NCBI GenBank assembly: GCA_964016885.1
Contig: OZ024750.1
Location: forward strand, 40,610,001-40,674,000
Length of the DNA: 64,000 bases
Origin: Eledone cirrhosa
Taxonomy: Eukaryota
Direction: 5' to 3'
The notes beneath the pieces are model-generated. The model worked only from the letters and a program-made list of their open reading frames with translations, did not search any database and was not told the DNA's origin. Each line of letters starts with the position of its first letter. Positions within the stretch are counted from its first letter, which is position 1. A program made the position numbers and the translations under genes. Shown piece by piece: positions 23,520-38,000 of this stretch.

Positions 23520-24530
23520 TTGTCAGAGTGGTTAGAGGGTCAGATAGAATGGTAGAGTGGTTAGAAGGTCAGATAGAATGGCAGAACGGTGAGAAGGTCA
23601 GATAGAATGGTAGAGTGTTTAGAACGTCAGATAGAATGGTGGAGTGGTTAGAACGTTGGATAGAATGGTAGAGTGGTTAGAACGTCAGATAGAATGGTAG
23701 AGTGGTTAGAACGTCAGATAGAATGGTGGAGTGTTTAGAACGTTGGATAGAATGGTGGAGTGTTTAGAACGTTGAATAGAATGGTGGAGTGTTTAGAACG
23801 TTGGATAGAATGGCAGAGTGGTTAGAAGGTCAAATAGAATGGCAGAGTCGTTAGGACGTCAGATAGAATGGTAGAGTCGTTAGGACGTCAGATAGAATGG
23901 TAGAGTGGTGAGAACGTCAGATAGAATGGTAGAGTCGTTAGGACGTCAGATAGAATAGTAGAGTGGTTATAACGTCAGATAGAATGGTAGAGTGTTTAGA
24001 ACGCCAGATAGAATGGTGGAGTGGTTAGAACGTTGGATAGAATGGTAGAGTGGTTAGAACGTCAGATAGAATGGTAGAGTGGTTAGAACGTCAGATAGAA
24101 TGGTGGAGTGTTTAGAACGTCAGATAGAATGGTGGAGTGTTTAGAACGTCAGATAGAATGGCAGAGTGGTTAGAAGGTCAGATAGAATGGCAGAGTCGTT
24201 AGGACGTCAGATAGAATGGTAGAGTCGTTAGGACGTCAGATAGAATTGCAGAGTTGTTAGAACGTTGGATAGAATGGTAGAGTGGTTAGGACGTCAGATA
24301 GAATGGTAGAGTGGTGAGAACGTCAGATAGAATGGTAGAGTCGTTAGGACGTCAGATAGAATAGTAGAGTGGTTATAACGTCAGATAGAATGGTAGAGTT
24401 ATTAGAAGGTCAGATAGAAGGATGTCTGGCATTTGTTCCGGCTTTCTGATCTCTCAGTTCAAATTCCACCGAAGTCAACTTTTCGAGGTCAATAAAAAAA
24501 GTACCAGTCAAGTTCTGGGGGTCGATCCTT
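23520..24530 (+). repeat. 29-bp minisatellite made of the SINE A head, ~31 copies, followed by the SINE body
   Basis: Unit TAGAATGGTAGAGTGGTTAGAACGTCAGA continues directly into ...CAGTTCAAATTCCACCGAAGTCAAC...AAGTACCAGT. Confidence 0.9.
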
Positions 24531-24880
24531 CATCTGTGTCTCTCTTCTTCTTCTTCTTCTTCTTCTTCTTCTTCTTCTTCTTCTTCTTCTTCTTCTTCTT
24601 CTTCTTCTTCTTCTTCTCCCCCCCCCTCTCTTCCCCCTCTCAGGAAGATATCGGCTGTGTTCAAACCAGGAGTGGAGATGGGTTTCGCCAAGTTTTAAAA
24701 TGCCCAAGACTCGCTGTATGTCACTACGACGTCCCTACGTCTCCACATGGAGTTAAATGTCCATATATATACAATATACTGAAAACACTCCAGTTGTTTA
24801 TGCTCCCCCTGCTTGACAATTTTGATCGTGTGCAAGTAAGAACTCCTTACCTTAACGTTAACTAAACATTATTCTTACAG

Positions 24881-25002
24881 TTGATATAGAAACTACTGAC
24901 ACAATACCATCAACCGTTGAACAAGACAAACCCTTTCCCCAGAAACCCAAAAGAAGGTGTAAATCATCCATTGATATTGAAATATATCGTCCAGAGTTAA
25001 AG
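24881..25002 (+). CDS. FN3-domain protein, exon 10 (FDIETTDTIPSTVEQDKPFPQKPKRRCKSSIDIEIYRPELK)
   Basis: ttcttacag acceptor, AAG|gtatgt donor; phase 1 to 0. Confidence 0.8.
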
Positions 25003-25144
25003 GTATGTTTCGTTTCGCTAATTCTTTTTTCGTTTCGTTTCGTTGTTTCATTCTTTTTTCTTTAATGTTCTTTACATATATATCTCTCATTGCTTTATGT
25101 ATATTCCTTGACTAGCTTTGATGAGTTTATATCCACTTTCCTTT

Positions 25145-25330
25145 GAGGATTGGCAGTAGAATCGGTAGAGCATTGGACAACACGCTTTGCTGTATATAAT
25201 TACGTCTCTTTACGTTTTGAGTTCAAATCCTGCCAAGGTTAATTTCAGTAATACACTAGGGTTGATTTAATCGAATTTCTCTCCCCCCAAAATTGTTGGC
25301 CTAGTGCCTAAATCAGAAACAGTTATTATA
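25145..25330 (+). mobile_element. SINE family A with an internal deletion
   Basis: GGATTGGCAG...GAGTTCAAATCCTGCC...GGCCTAGTGCCTAAATCAGAAAC. Confidence 0.75.
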
Positions 25331-25486
25331 TGATGATAATTCCCACCGTGAAGTTGATGATAGGCCCACAACTTCCTGTATATGACATTTATTACAAACA
25401 TATCACCCAGTGATCTCCGGCAGGGTTTCTGATGGTTTGGGGTTATAACTCACTGCATGGTATCTTGAACAGATGTGTTACATAGC

Positions 25487-28400
25487 TCACTGTCTGATGG
25501 CTATATCACTGTCTGATGGCTATATCGCTGTCTGATGACTATATCAATGTCTGATGGCTATATCACTGTCTGATGGCTATATCACTGTCTGATGGCTATA
25601 TCACTGTCTGATGGCTATATCACTGTCTGATGGCTATATCGCTGTCTGATGACTATATCAATGTCTGATGGCTATATCACTGTCTGATGGCTATATCACT
25701 GTCTGATGGCTATATCACTGTCTGATGGCTATATCGCTGTCTGATGACTATATCACTGTCTGATAACTATATCACTGCCTGATGACGATATCGCTGTCTG
25801 ATGACTATATCACTGTCTGATGACTATATCACTGTCTGATGACTATATCACTGTCTGATGACTATATCACAGTCTGATGGCTATATCACAGTCTGATGGC
25901 TATATCACGGTCTGATGACGATATCGATGTCTGATGACTATATCGTTGTCTGATGACTATATCACTGTCTGATGACTATATCACAGTCTGATGGCTATAT
26001 CACAGTCTGATGGCTATATCACTGTTTGATGATTATATCACTGTCTGATGGCTATATCACTGTCTGATGGCTATATCGCTCTCTGATGATTATATCACTG
26101 TCTGATGGCTATATCACTGTCTGATGGCTATATCACTGTTTGATGATTATATCACTGCCTGATGACTATATCACTGTCTGATGACTATATCACTGTCTGA
26201 TGACTATATCCCTGTTTGATGATTATATCACTGTCTGATGGCTATATCGCTGTCTGATGGCTATATCTCTGTCTGATGACTATATCCCTGTCTGATGGCT
26301 ATATCACTGCCTGATGGCTATATCACTGTCTGATGGCTATATCACTGTCTGATGGCTATATCACTGTCTGATGACTATATCACAGTCTGATGACTATATC
26401 GCTGTCTGATGGCTATATCCCTGTCTGATGGCTATATCGCTGTCTGATGGCTATATCACTGTCTGATGGCTATATCCCTGTCTGATGGCTATATCGCTGT
26501 CTGATGGCTATATCCCTGTCTGATGGCTATATCATTGTCTGATGACTATATCGCTTCTGATGATTATATCACTGTCTGATGGCTATATCGCTGTCTGATG
26601 ATCATATCACTGTCTAATGACTAAATCACTGTCTGATGATTATATCACTGTCTGATGGCTATATCACTGTCTGATGACTATATCACTGTCTGATGACTAT
26701 ATCGCTGTCTGATGACTATATCACTGTCTGATGACTATATCGCTGTCTGATGACTATATCACTGTCTGATGACGATATCGCTGTCTGATGACTATATCAC
26801 TGTCTGATGACTATATCGCTTCTGATGACTATATCACTGTCTGATGGCTATATCGCTGTCTGATGATCATATCACTGTCTAATGACTAAATCACTGTCTG
26901 ATGATTATATCACTGTCTGATGGCTATATCGCTGTCTGATGACTATATCACTGTCTGATGACTATATCACTGTCTGATAGCTATATCACTGTCTGATGAC
27001 TATATCACTGTCTGATGGTTATATCACTGTCTGATGACTATATGGCTTCTGATGACTATATCGCTTCTGATGACTATATCACTGTCTGATGGCTATATCA
27101 CTGTCTGATGGCTATATCACTGTCTGATGGCTATATCACTGTCTGATGACTATATCGCTTCTGATGACTATATCGCTGTCTGATGACTATATCGCTGTCT
27201 GATGACTATATCATTGTCTGATGAGTATATCGCTGTCTGATGAGTATATCACTGTCTGATGATTATATCACTGTCTGATGACTATATCACTGTCTGATGA
27301 TTATATCACTGTCTGATGACTATATCACTGTCTGATGGCTATATCACTGTCTGATGGCTATATCACTGTCTGATGGCTATATCACTGTCTGATGGCTATA
27401 TCACTGTCTGATGACTATATCACTGCCTGATGACGATATCGCTGTCTGATGACTATATCACTGTCTGATGACTATATCACTGTCTGATGACGATATCGCT
27501 GTCTGATGACTATATCACAGTCTGATGGCTATATCACTGTTTGATGATTATATCACTGTCTGATGGCTATATCACTGTCTGATGGCTATATCGCTCTCTG
27601 ATGATTATATCACTGTCTGATGGCTATATCACTGTCTGATGGCTATATCACTGTTTGATGATTATATCACTGTCTGATGACTATATCACTGTATGATGAC
27701 TATATCACTGTCTGATGACTATATCCCTGTTTGATGATTATATCACTGTCTGATGGCTATATCGCTGTCTGATGGCTATATCTCTGTCTGATGACTATAT
27801 CCCTGTCTGATGGCTATATCACTGTCTGATGGCTATATCACTGTCTGATGGCTATATCACTGTCTGATGGCTATATCACTGTCTGATGACTATATCACTG
27901 TCTGATGACTATATCGCTGTCTGATGGCTATATCCCTGTCTGATGGCTATATCGCTGTCTGATGGCTATATCACTGTCTGATGGCTATATCCCTGTCTGA
28001 TGGCTATATCGCTGTCTGATGGCTATATCCCTGTCTGATGGCTATATCATTGTCTGATGACTATATCGCTTCTGATGACTATATCACTGTCTGATGGCTA
28101 TATCGCTGTCTGATGGTCATATCACTGTCTAATGACTAAATCACTGTCTGATGATTATATCACTGTCTGATGGCTATATCACTGTCTGATGACTATATCA
28201 CTGTCTGATGACTATATCGCTGTCTGATGACTATATCACTGTCTGATGGCTATATCGCTGTCTGATGACTATATCACTGTCTGATGACTATATCGCTGTC
28301 TGATGACTATATCACTGTCTGATGGCTATATCACTGTCTGATGACTATATCACTGTCTGATGGTTATATCACTGTCTGATGACTATATGGCTTCTGATGA

Positions 28401-29000
28401 CTATATCGCTTCTGATGACTATATCACTGTCTGATGGCTATATCACTGTCTGATGGCTATATCACTGTCTGATGGCTATATCACTGTCTGATGACTATAT
28501 CGCTTCTGATGACTATATCGCTGTCTGATGACTATATCGCTGTCTGATGACTATATCATTGTCTGATGACTATATCGCTGTCTGATGAGTATATCACTGT
28601 CTGATGACTATATCACTGTCTGATGATTATATCACTGTCTGATGACTATATCACTGTCTGATGACTATATCGCTGTCTGATGAGTATATCACTGTCTGAT
28701 GACTATATCACTGTCTGATGAATATATCACTGTCTGATGACTATATCACTGTCTGATGACTATATCACTGTCTGATGGCTATATCACTGTCTGATGGCTA
28801 TATGACTGTCTGATGACTATATCACTGTCTGATGATTATATCGCTGTCTGATGACTATATCACTGTCTGATGACTATATCGCTGTCTGATGACTATATCG
28901 CTTCTGATGACTTTATCGCTTCTGATGAATATATCACTGTCTGATGAATATATCACTGTCTGATGGCTATACCACTGTCTGATGGCTATATCACTGTCTG
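25487..29000. repeat. Satellite with 19-bp unit CACTGTCTGATG(A/G)CTATAT, ~3.5 kb
   Basis: Direct reading; period 19. Confidence 0.97.
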
Positions 29001-32000
29001 TGAATATATCCTATATATTCCATTGTCTGTGACTATATCCTATATAATCCATTGTCTGTGACTATATCCTATATATTCCATTGTCTGTGACTATATCCTA
29101 TATAATCCATTGTCTGTGACTATATCCTATATATTCCATTGTCTGTGACTATATCCTATATATTCCATTGTCTGTGACTATATCCTATATAATCCATTGT
29201 CTGTGACTATATCCTGTATATTCCATTGTCTGTGACTATATCCTATATAATCCATTGTCTGTGACTATATCCTATATATTCCATTGTCTGTGACTATATC
29301 CTATATATTCCATTGTCTGTGACTATATCCTATATATTCCACTGTCTGTGACTATATCCTATATATTCCATTATCTGTGACTATATCCTATATATTCCAC
29401 TGTCTGTGACTATATCCTATATATTCCATTGTCTGTGACTATATCCTGTATATTTCGCTGTCTGTGACTATATCCTATATATTCCATTGTCTGTGACTAT
29501 ATCCTATATATTCCACTGTCTGTGATTATATCCTGTATATTTCGCTGTCTGTGACTATATCCTATATATTCCATTGTCTGTGACTATATCCTATATATTC
29601 CATTGTCTGTGACTATATCCTATATATTCCATTGTCTGTGACTATATCCTATATATTCCATTGTCTGTGACTATATCCTGTATATTTCGCTGTCTGTGAC
29701 TATATCCTATATATTCCATTGTCTGTGACTATATCCTATATAATCCATTGTCTGTGACTATATCCTGTATATTTCGCTGTCTGTGACTATATCCTATATA
29801 TTCCATTGTCTGTGACTATATCCTATATATTCCATTGTCTGTGACTATATCCTGTATATTTCGCTGTCTGTGACTATATCCTATATATTCCATTGTCTGT
29901 GACTATATCCTATATATTCCATTGTCTGTGACTATATCCTGTATATTTCGCTGTCTGTGACTATATCCTATATATTCCATTGTCTGTGACTATATCCTAT
30001 ATATTCCATTGTCTGTGACTATATCCTGTATATTTCGCTGTCTGTGACTATATCCTATATATTCCATTGTCTGTGACTATATCCTATATATTCCATTGTC
30101 TGTGACTATATCCTGTATATTTCGCTGTCTGTGACTATATCCTATATATTCCATTGTCTGTGACTATATCCTATATATTCCATTGTCTGTGACTATATCC
30201 TGTATATTTCGCTGTCTGTGACTATATCCTATATATTCCATTGTCTGTGACTATATCCTATATATTCCATTGTCTGTGACTATATCCTATATATTCCATT
30301 GTCTGTGACTATATCCTATATATTCCATTGTCTGTGACTATATCCTGTATATTTCGCAGTCTGTGACTATATCCTATATATTCCATTGTCTGTGACTATA
30401 TCCTATATATTCCATTGTCTGTGACTATATCCTGTATATTTCGCTGTCTGTGACTATATCCTATATATTCCATTGTCTGTGACTATATCCTATATATTCC
30501 ATTGTCTGTGACTATATCCTATATATTCCATTGTCTGTGACTATATCCTATATAATCCATTGTCTGTGACTATATCCTATATATTCCATTGTCTGTGACT
30601 ATATCCTATATATTCCATTGTCTGTGACTATATCCTATATAATCCATTGTCTGTGACTATATCCTGTATATTCCATTGTCTGTGACTATATCCTATATAA
30701 TCCATTGTCTGTGACTATATCCTATATATTCCATTGTCTGTGACTATATCCTATATATTCCATTGTCTGTGACTATATCCTATATATTCCACTGTCTGTG
30801 ACTATATCCTATATATTCCATTATCTGTGACTATATCCTATATATTCCACTGTCTGTGACTATATCCTATATATTCCATTGTCTGTGACTATATCCTGTA
30901 TATTTCGCTGTCTGTGACTATATCCTATATATTCCATTGTCTGTGACTATATCCTATATATTCCACTGTCTGTGATTATATCCTGTATATTTCGCTGTCT
31001 GTGACTATATCCTATATATTCCATTGTCTGTGACTATATCCTATATATTCCATTGTCTGTGACTATATCCTATATATTCCATTGTCTGTGACTATATCCT
31101 ATATATTCCATTGTCTGTGACTATATCCTGTATATTTCGCTGTCTGTGACTATATCCTATATATTCCATTGTCTGTGACTATATCCTATATATTCCATTG
31201 TCTGTGACTATATCCTGTATATTTCGCTGTCTGTGACTATATCCTATATATTCCATTGTCTGTGACTATATCCTATATATTCCATTGTCTGTGACTATAT
31301 CCTGTATATTTCGCTGTCTGTGACTATATCCTATATATTCCATTGTCTGTGACTATATCCTATATATTCCATTGTCTGTGACTATATCCTGTATATTTCG
31401 CTGTCTGTGACTATATCCTATATATTCCATTGTCTGTGACTATATCCTATATATTCCATTGTCTGTGACTATATCCTGTATATTTCGCTGTCTGTGACTA
31501 TATCCTATATATTCCATTGTCTGTGACTATATCCTATATATTCCATTGTCTGTGACTATATCCTGTATATTTCGCTGTCTGTGACTATATCCTATATATT
31601 CCATTGTCTGTGACTATATCCTATATATTCCATTGTCTGTGACTATATCCTGTATATTTCGCTGTCTGTGACTATATCCTATATATTCCATTGTCTGTGA
31701 CTATATCCTATATATTCCATTGTCTGTGACTATATCCTATATATTCCATTGTCTGTGACTATATCCTATATATTCCATTGTCTGTGACTATATCCTGTAT
31801 ATTTCGCTGTCTGTGACTATATCCTATATATTCCATTGTCTGTGACTATATCCTATATATTCCATTGTCTGTGACTATATCCTATATATTCCATTGTCTG
31901 TGACTATATCCTGTATATTTCGCTGTCTGTGACTATATCCTATATATTCCATTGTCTGTGACTATATCCTATATATTCCATTGTCTGCGACTATTTCCTG

Positions 32001-35000
32001 TATATTTCGCTGTCTGTGACTATATCCTATATATTCCATTGTCTGTGACTATATCCTATATATTCCATTGTCTGTGACTATATCCTATATATTCCATTGT
32101 CTGTGACTATATCCTATATATTCCATTGTCTGTGACTATATCCTGTATATTTCGCTGTCTGTGACTATATCCTATATATTCCATTGTCTGTGACTATATC
32201 CTATATATTCCATTGTCTGTGATTATATCCTATATATTCCACTGTCTGTGATTATATCCTATATATTCCACTGTCTGTGACTATATCCTATATATTCCAC
32301 TGTCTGTGACTATATCCTATATATTCCATTGTCTGTGACTATATTCTATATATTCCATTGTCTGTGACTATATTCTATATATTCCACTGTCTGTGATTAT
32401 ATCCTATATATTCCACTGTCTGTGATTATATCCTATATATTCCACTGTCTGTGACTATATCCTATATATTCCATTGTCTGTGACTATATCCTATATATTC
32501 CATTGTCTGTGACTATATTCTATATATTCCACTGTCTGTGATTATATCCTATATATTCCACTGTCTGTGATTATATCCTATATATTCCACTGTCTGTGAC
32601 TATATCCTATATATTCCACTGTCTGTGACTATATCCTATATATTCCATTGTCTGTGACTATATTCTATATATTCCACTGTCTGTGACTATATCCTATATA
32701 TTCCATTGTCTGTGACTATATCCTATATATTCCATTGTCTGTGACTATATCCTATATATTCCATTGTTGTGACTATATCCTATATATTCCATTGTCTGTG
32801 ACTATATCCTATATATTCCACTGTCTGTGACTATATCCTATATATTCCATTGTCTGTGACTATATCCTATATATTCCATTGTCTGTGACTATATCCTATA
32901 TATTCCATTGTCTGTGACTATATCCTATATATTCCATTGTCTGTGACTATATCCTATATATTCCATTGTCTGTGACTATATCCTATATATTCCATTGTCT
33001 GTGACTATATCCTATATATTCCACTGTCTGTGACTATATCCTATATATTCCATTGTCTGTGACTATATCCTATATATTCCATTGTCTGTGACTATATCCT
33101 ATATATTCCACTGTCTGTGATTATATCCTATATATTCCACTGTCTGTGACTATATCCTATATATTCCACAGTCTGTGACTATATCCTGTATATTCCACTG
33201 TCTGTGACTATATCCTGTATATTCCACTGTCTGTGACTATATCCTATATATTCCACTGTCTGTGACTATATCCTATATATTCCACTGTCTGTGACTATAT
33301 CCTATATATTCCACTGTCTGTGACTATATCCTATATATTCCACTGTCTGTGACTATATCCTGTATATTCCATTGTCTGTGACTATATCCCGTATATTTCG
33401 CTGTCTGTGACTATATCCTATATATTCCACTGTCTGTGACTATATCCTGTATATTCCATTGTCTGTGACTATATCCTATATATTCCACTGTCTGTGACTA
33501 TATCCTATATATTCCATTGTCTGTGACTATATCCTATATATTCCATTGTCTGTGACTATATCCTATATATTCCACTGTCTGTGACTATATCCTGTACATT
33601 CCATTGTCTGTGACTATATCCTATATATTCCACTGTCTGTGACTATATCCTGTATATTCCATTGTCTGTGACTATATCCTATATATTCCATTGTCTGTGA
33701 CTATATCCTATATATTCCATTGTCTGTGACTATATCCTATATATTCCACTGTCTGTGACTATATCCTATATATTCCACTGTCTGTGACTATATCCTATAT
33801 ATTCCATTGTCTGTGACTATATCCTATATATTCCACTGTCTGTGACTATATCCTATATATTCCACTGTCTGTGATTATATCCTGTATATTCCACTGTCTG
33901 TGACTATATCCTATATATTCCATTGTCTGTGACTATATCCTATATATTCCACTGTCTGTGACTATATCCTGTATATTCCACTGTCTGTGACTATATCCTA
34001 TATATTCCACTGTCTGTGATTATATCCTATATATTCCATTGTCTGTGACTATATCCTATATATTCCACTGTCTGTGACTATATCCTATATATTCCACTGT
34101 CTGTCACTATATCCTATATATTCCATTGTCTGTGACTATATCCTATAAATTCCACTGTCTGTGATTATATCCTATATATTCCACTGTCTGTGATTATATC
34201 CTATATATTCCACTGTCTGTGACTATATCCTATATTACATTGTCTGTGACTATATCCTATATATTCCATTGTCTGTGACTATATCCTGTATATTTCGCTG
34301 TCTGTGACTATATCCTATATATTCCACTGTCTGTGACTATATCCTATATATTCCATTGTCTGTGACTATATCCTATATATTCCATTGTCTGTGACTATAT
34401 CCTATATATTCCATTGTCTGTGACTATATCCTATATATTCCACTGTCTGTGACTATATCCTGTATATTCCATTGTCTGTGACTATATCCTATATATTCCA
34501 TTGTCTGTGACTATATCCTATATATTCCACTGTCTTTGACTATATCCTGTATATTTCGCTGTCTGTGACTATATCCTATATATTCCATTGTCTGTGACTA
34601 TATCCTGTATATTTCGCTGTCTGTGACTATATCCTATATATTCCACTGTCTGTGACTATATCCTATATATTCCACTGTCTGTGATTATATCCTATATATT
34701 CCACTGTCTGTGATTATATCCTATATATTCCACTGTCTGTGACTATATCCTATATATTCTACTGTCTGTGACTATATCCTATATATTCCATTGTCTGTGA
34801 CTATATCCTATATATTCCATTGTCTGTGACTATATCCTATATATTCCACTGTCTGTGACTATATCCTATATATTCCACTGTCTGTGACTATATCCTATAT
34901 ATTCCACTGTCTGTGACTATATCCTATATATTCCACTGTCTGTGACTATATCCTATATATTCCATTGTCTGTGACTATATCCTATATATTCCATTGTCTG

Positions 35001-38000
35001 TGACTATATCCTATATATTCCACTGTCTGTGATTACATCCTATATATTCCACTGTCTGTGACTATATCCTATATATTCCATTGTCTGTGACTATATCCTA
35101 TATATGCCATTGTCTGTGACTATATCCTGTATATTCCACTGTCTGTGACTATATCCTACATATTCCACTGTCTGTGATTATATCCTATATATTCCACTGT
35201 CTGTGACTATATCCTATATATTCCACTGTCTGTGACTATATCCTATATATTCCATTGTCTGTGACTATATCCTATATATTCCACTGTCTGTGACTATATC
35301 CTGTATATTCCACTGTCTGTGACTATATCCTATATATTCCACTGTCTGTGACTATATCCTATATATTCCGCTGTCTGTGACTATATCCTGTATATTCCAT
35401 CGTCTGTGACTATATCCTATATATTCCACTGTCTGTGACTATATCCTGTATATTCCACTGTCTGTGACTATATCCTATATATTCCATTGTCTGTGACTAT
35501 ATCCTATATATTCCACTGTCTGTGACTATATCCTATATATTCCACTGTCTGTGACTATATCCTATATATTCCACTGTCTGTGACTATATCCTATATATTC
35601 CATTGTCTGTGACTATATCCTATATATTCCACTCTCGGTGACTATATCCTATATATTCCACTGTCTGTGACTATATCCTATATATTCTACTGTCTGTGAC
35701 TATATCCTATATATTCCACTGTCTGTGACTATATCCTATATATTCCACTGTCTGTGACTATATCCTGTTTATTCCATTGTCTGTGACTATATCCTGTATA
35801 TTCCATTGTCTGTGACTATATCCTATATATTCCACCGTCTGTGACTATATCCTATATATTCCACTGTCTGTGACTATATCCTATATATTCCACTGTCTGT
35901 GACTATATCCTATATATTCCACTGTCTGTGACTATATCCTATATATTCCACTGTCTGTGACTATATCCTATATATTCCATTGTCTGTGACTATATCCTAT
36001 ATATTCCACTGTCTGTGACTATATCCTGTATATTCCACTGTCTGTGACTATATCCTATATATTCCACTGTCTGTGACTATATCCTATATATTCCACTGTC
36101 TCTGACTATATCCTGTATATTCCATTGTCTGTGACTATATCCTATATATTCCACTGTCTGTGACTATATCCTGTATATTCCACTGTCTGTGACTATATCC
36201 TATATATTCCATTGTCTGTGACTATATCCTATATATTCCACTGTCTGTGACTATATCCTGTATATTCCACTGTCTGTGACTATATCCTATATATTCCACT
36301 GTCTGTGACTATATCCTATATATTCCATTGTCTGTGACTATATCCTATATATTCCACTGTCTGTGACTATATCCTATATATTCCACTGTCTGTGACTATA
36401 TCCTATATATTCCACTGTCTGTGACTATATCCTATATATTCCACTGTCTGTGACTATATCCTATATATTCCACTGTCTGTGACTATATCCTATATATTCC
36501 ACTGTCTGTGACTATATCCTATATATTCCACTGTCTGTGACTATATCCTATATATTCCATTGTCTGTGACTATATCCTATATATTCCATTGTCTGTGACT
36601 ATATCCTATATATTCCATTGTCTGTGACTATATCCTGTATATTTCGCTGTCTGTGACTATATCCTATATATTCCATTGTCTGTGACTATATCCTATATAT
36701 TCCATTGTCTGTGACTATATCCTGTATATTTCGCTGTCTGTGACTATATCCTATATATTCCATTGTCTGTGACTATATCCTATATATTCCATTGTCTGTG
36801 ACTATATCCTGTATATTTCGCTGTCTGTGACTATATCCTATATATTCCATTGTCTGTGACTATATCCTATATATTCCATTGTCTGTGACTATATCCTGTA
36901 TATTTCGCTGTCTGTGACTATATCCTATATATTCCATTGTCTGTGACTATATCCTATATATTCCATTGTCTGTGACTATATCCTGTATATTTCGCTGTCT
37001 GTGACTATATCCTATATATTCCATTGTCTGTGACTATATCCTATATATTCCATTGTCTGTGACTATATCCTATATATTCCATTGTCTGTGACTATATCCT
37101 ATATATTCCATTGTCTGTGACTATATCCTGTATATTTCGCTGTCTGTGACTATATCCTATATATTCCATTGTCTGTGACTATATCCTATATATTCCATTG
37201 TCTGTGACTATATCCTGTATATTTCGCTGTCTGTGACTATATCCTATATATTCCATTGTCTGTGACTATATCCTATATATTCCATTGTCTGTGACTATAT
37301 CCTATATATTCCATTGTCTGTGACTATATCCTATATAATCCATTGTCTGTGACTATATCCTATATATTCCATTGTCTGTGACTATATCCTATATATTCCA
37401 TTGTCTGTGACTATATCCTATATAATCCATTGTCTGTGACTATATCCTGTATATTCCATTGTCTGTGACTATATCCTATATAATCCATTGTCTGTGACTA
37501 TATCCTATATATTCCATTGTCTGTGACTATATCCTATATATTCCATTGTCTGTGACTATATCCTATATATTCCACTGTCTGTGACTATATCCTATATATT
37601 CCATTATCTGTGACTATATCCTATATATTCCACTGTCTGTGACTATATCCTATATATTCCATTGTCTGTGACTATATCCTGTATATTTCGCTGTCTGTGA
37701 CTATATCCTATATATTCCATTGTCTGTGACTATATCCTATATATTCCACTGTCTGTGATTATATCCTGTATATTTCGCTGTCTGTGACTATATCCTATAT
37801 ATTCCATTGTCTGTGACTATATCCTATATATTCCATTGTCTGTGACTATATCCTATATATTCCATTGTCTGTGACTATATCCTATATATTCCATTGTCTG
37901 TGACTATATCCTGTATATTTCGCTGTCTGTGACTATATCCTATATATTCCATTGTCTGTGACTATATCCTATATATTCCATTGTCTGTGACTATATCCTG

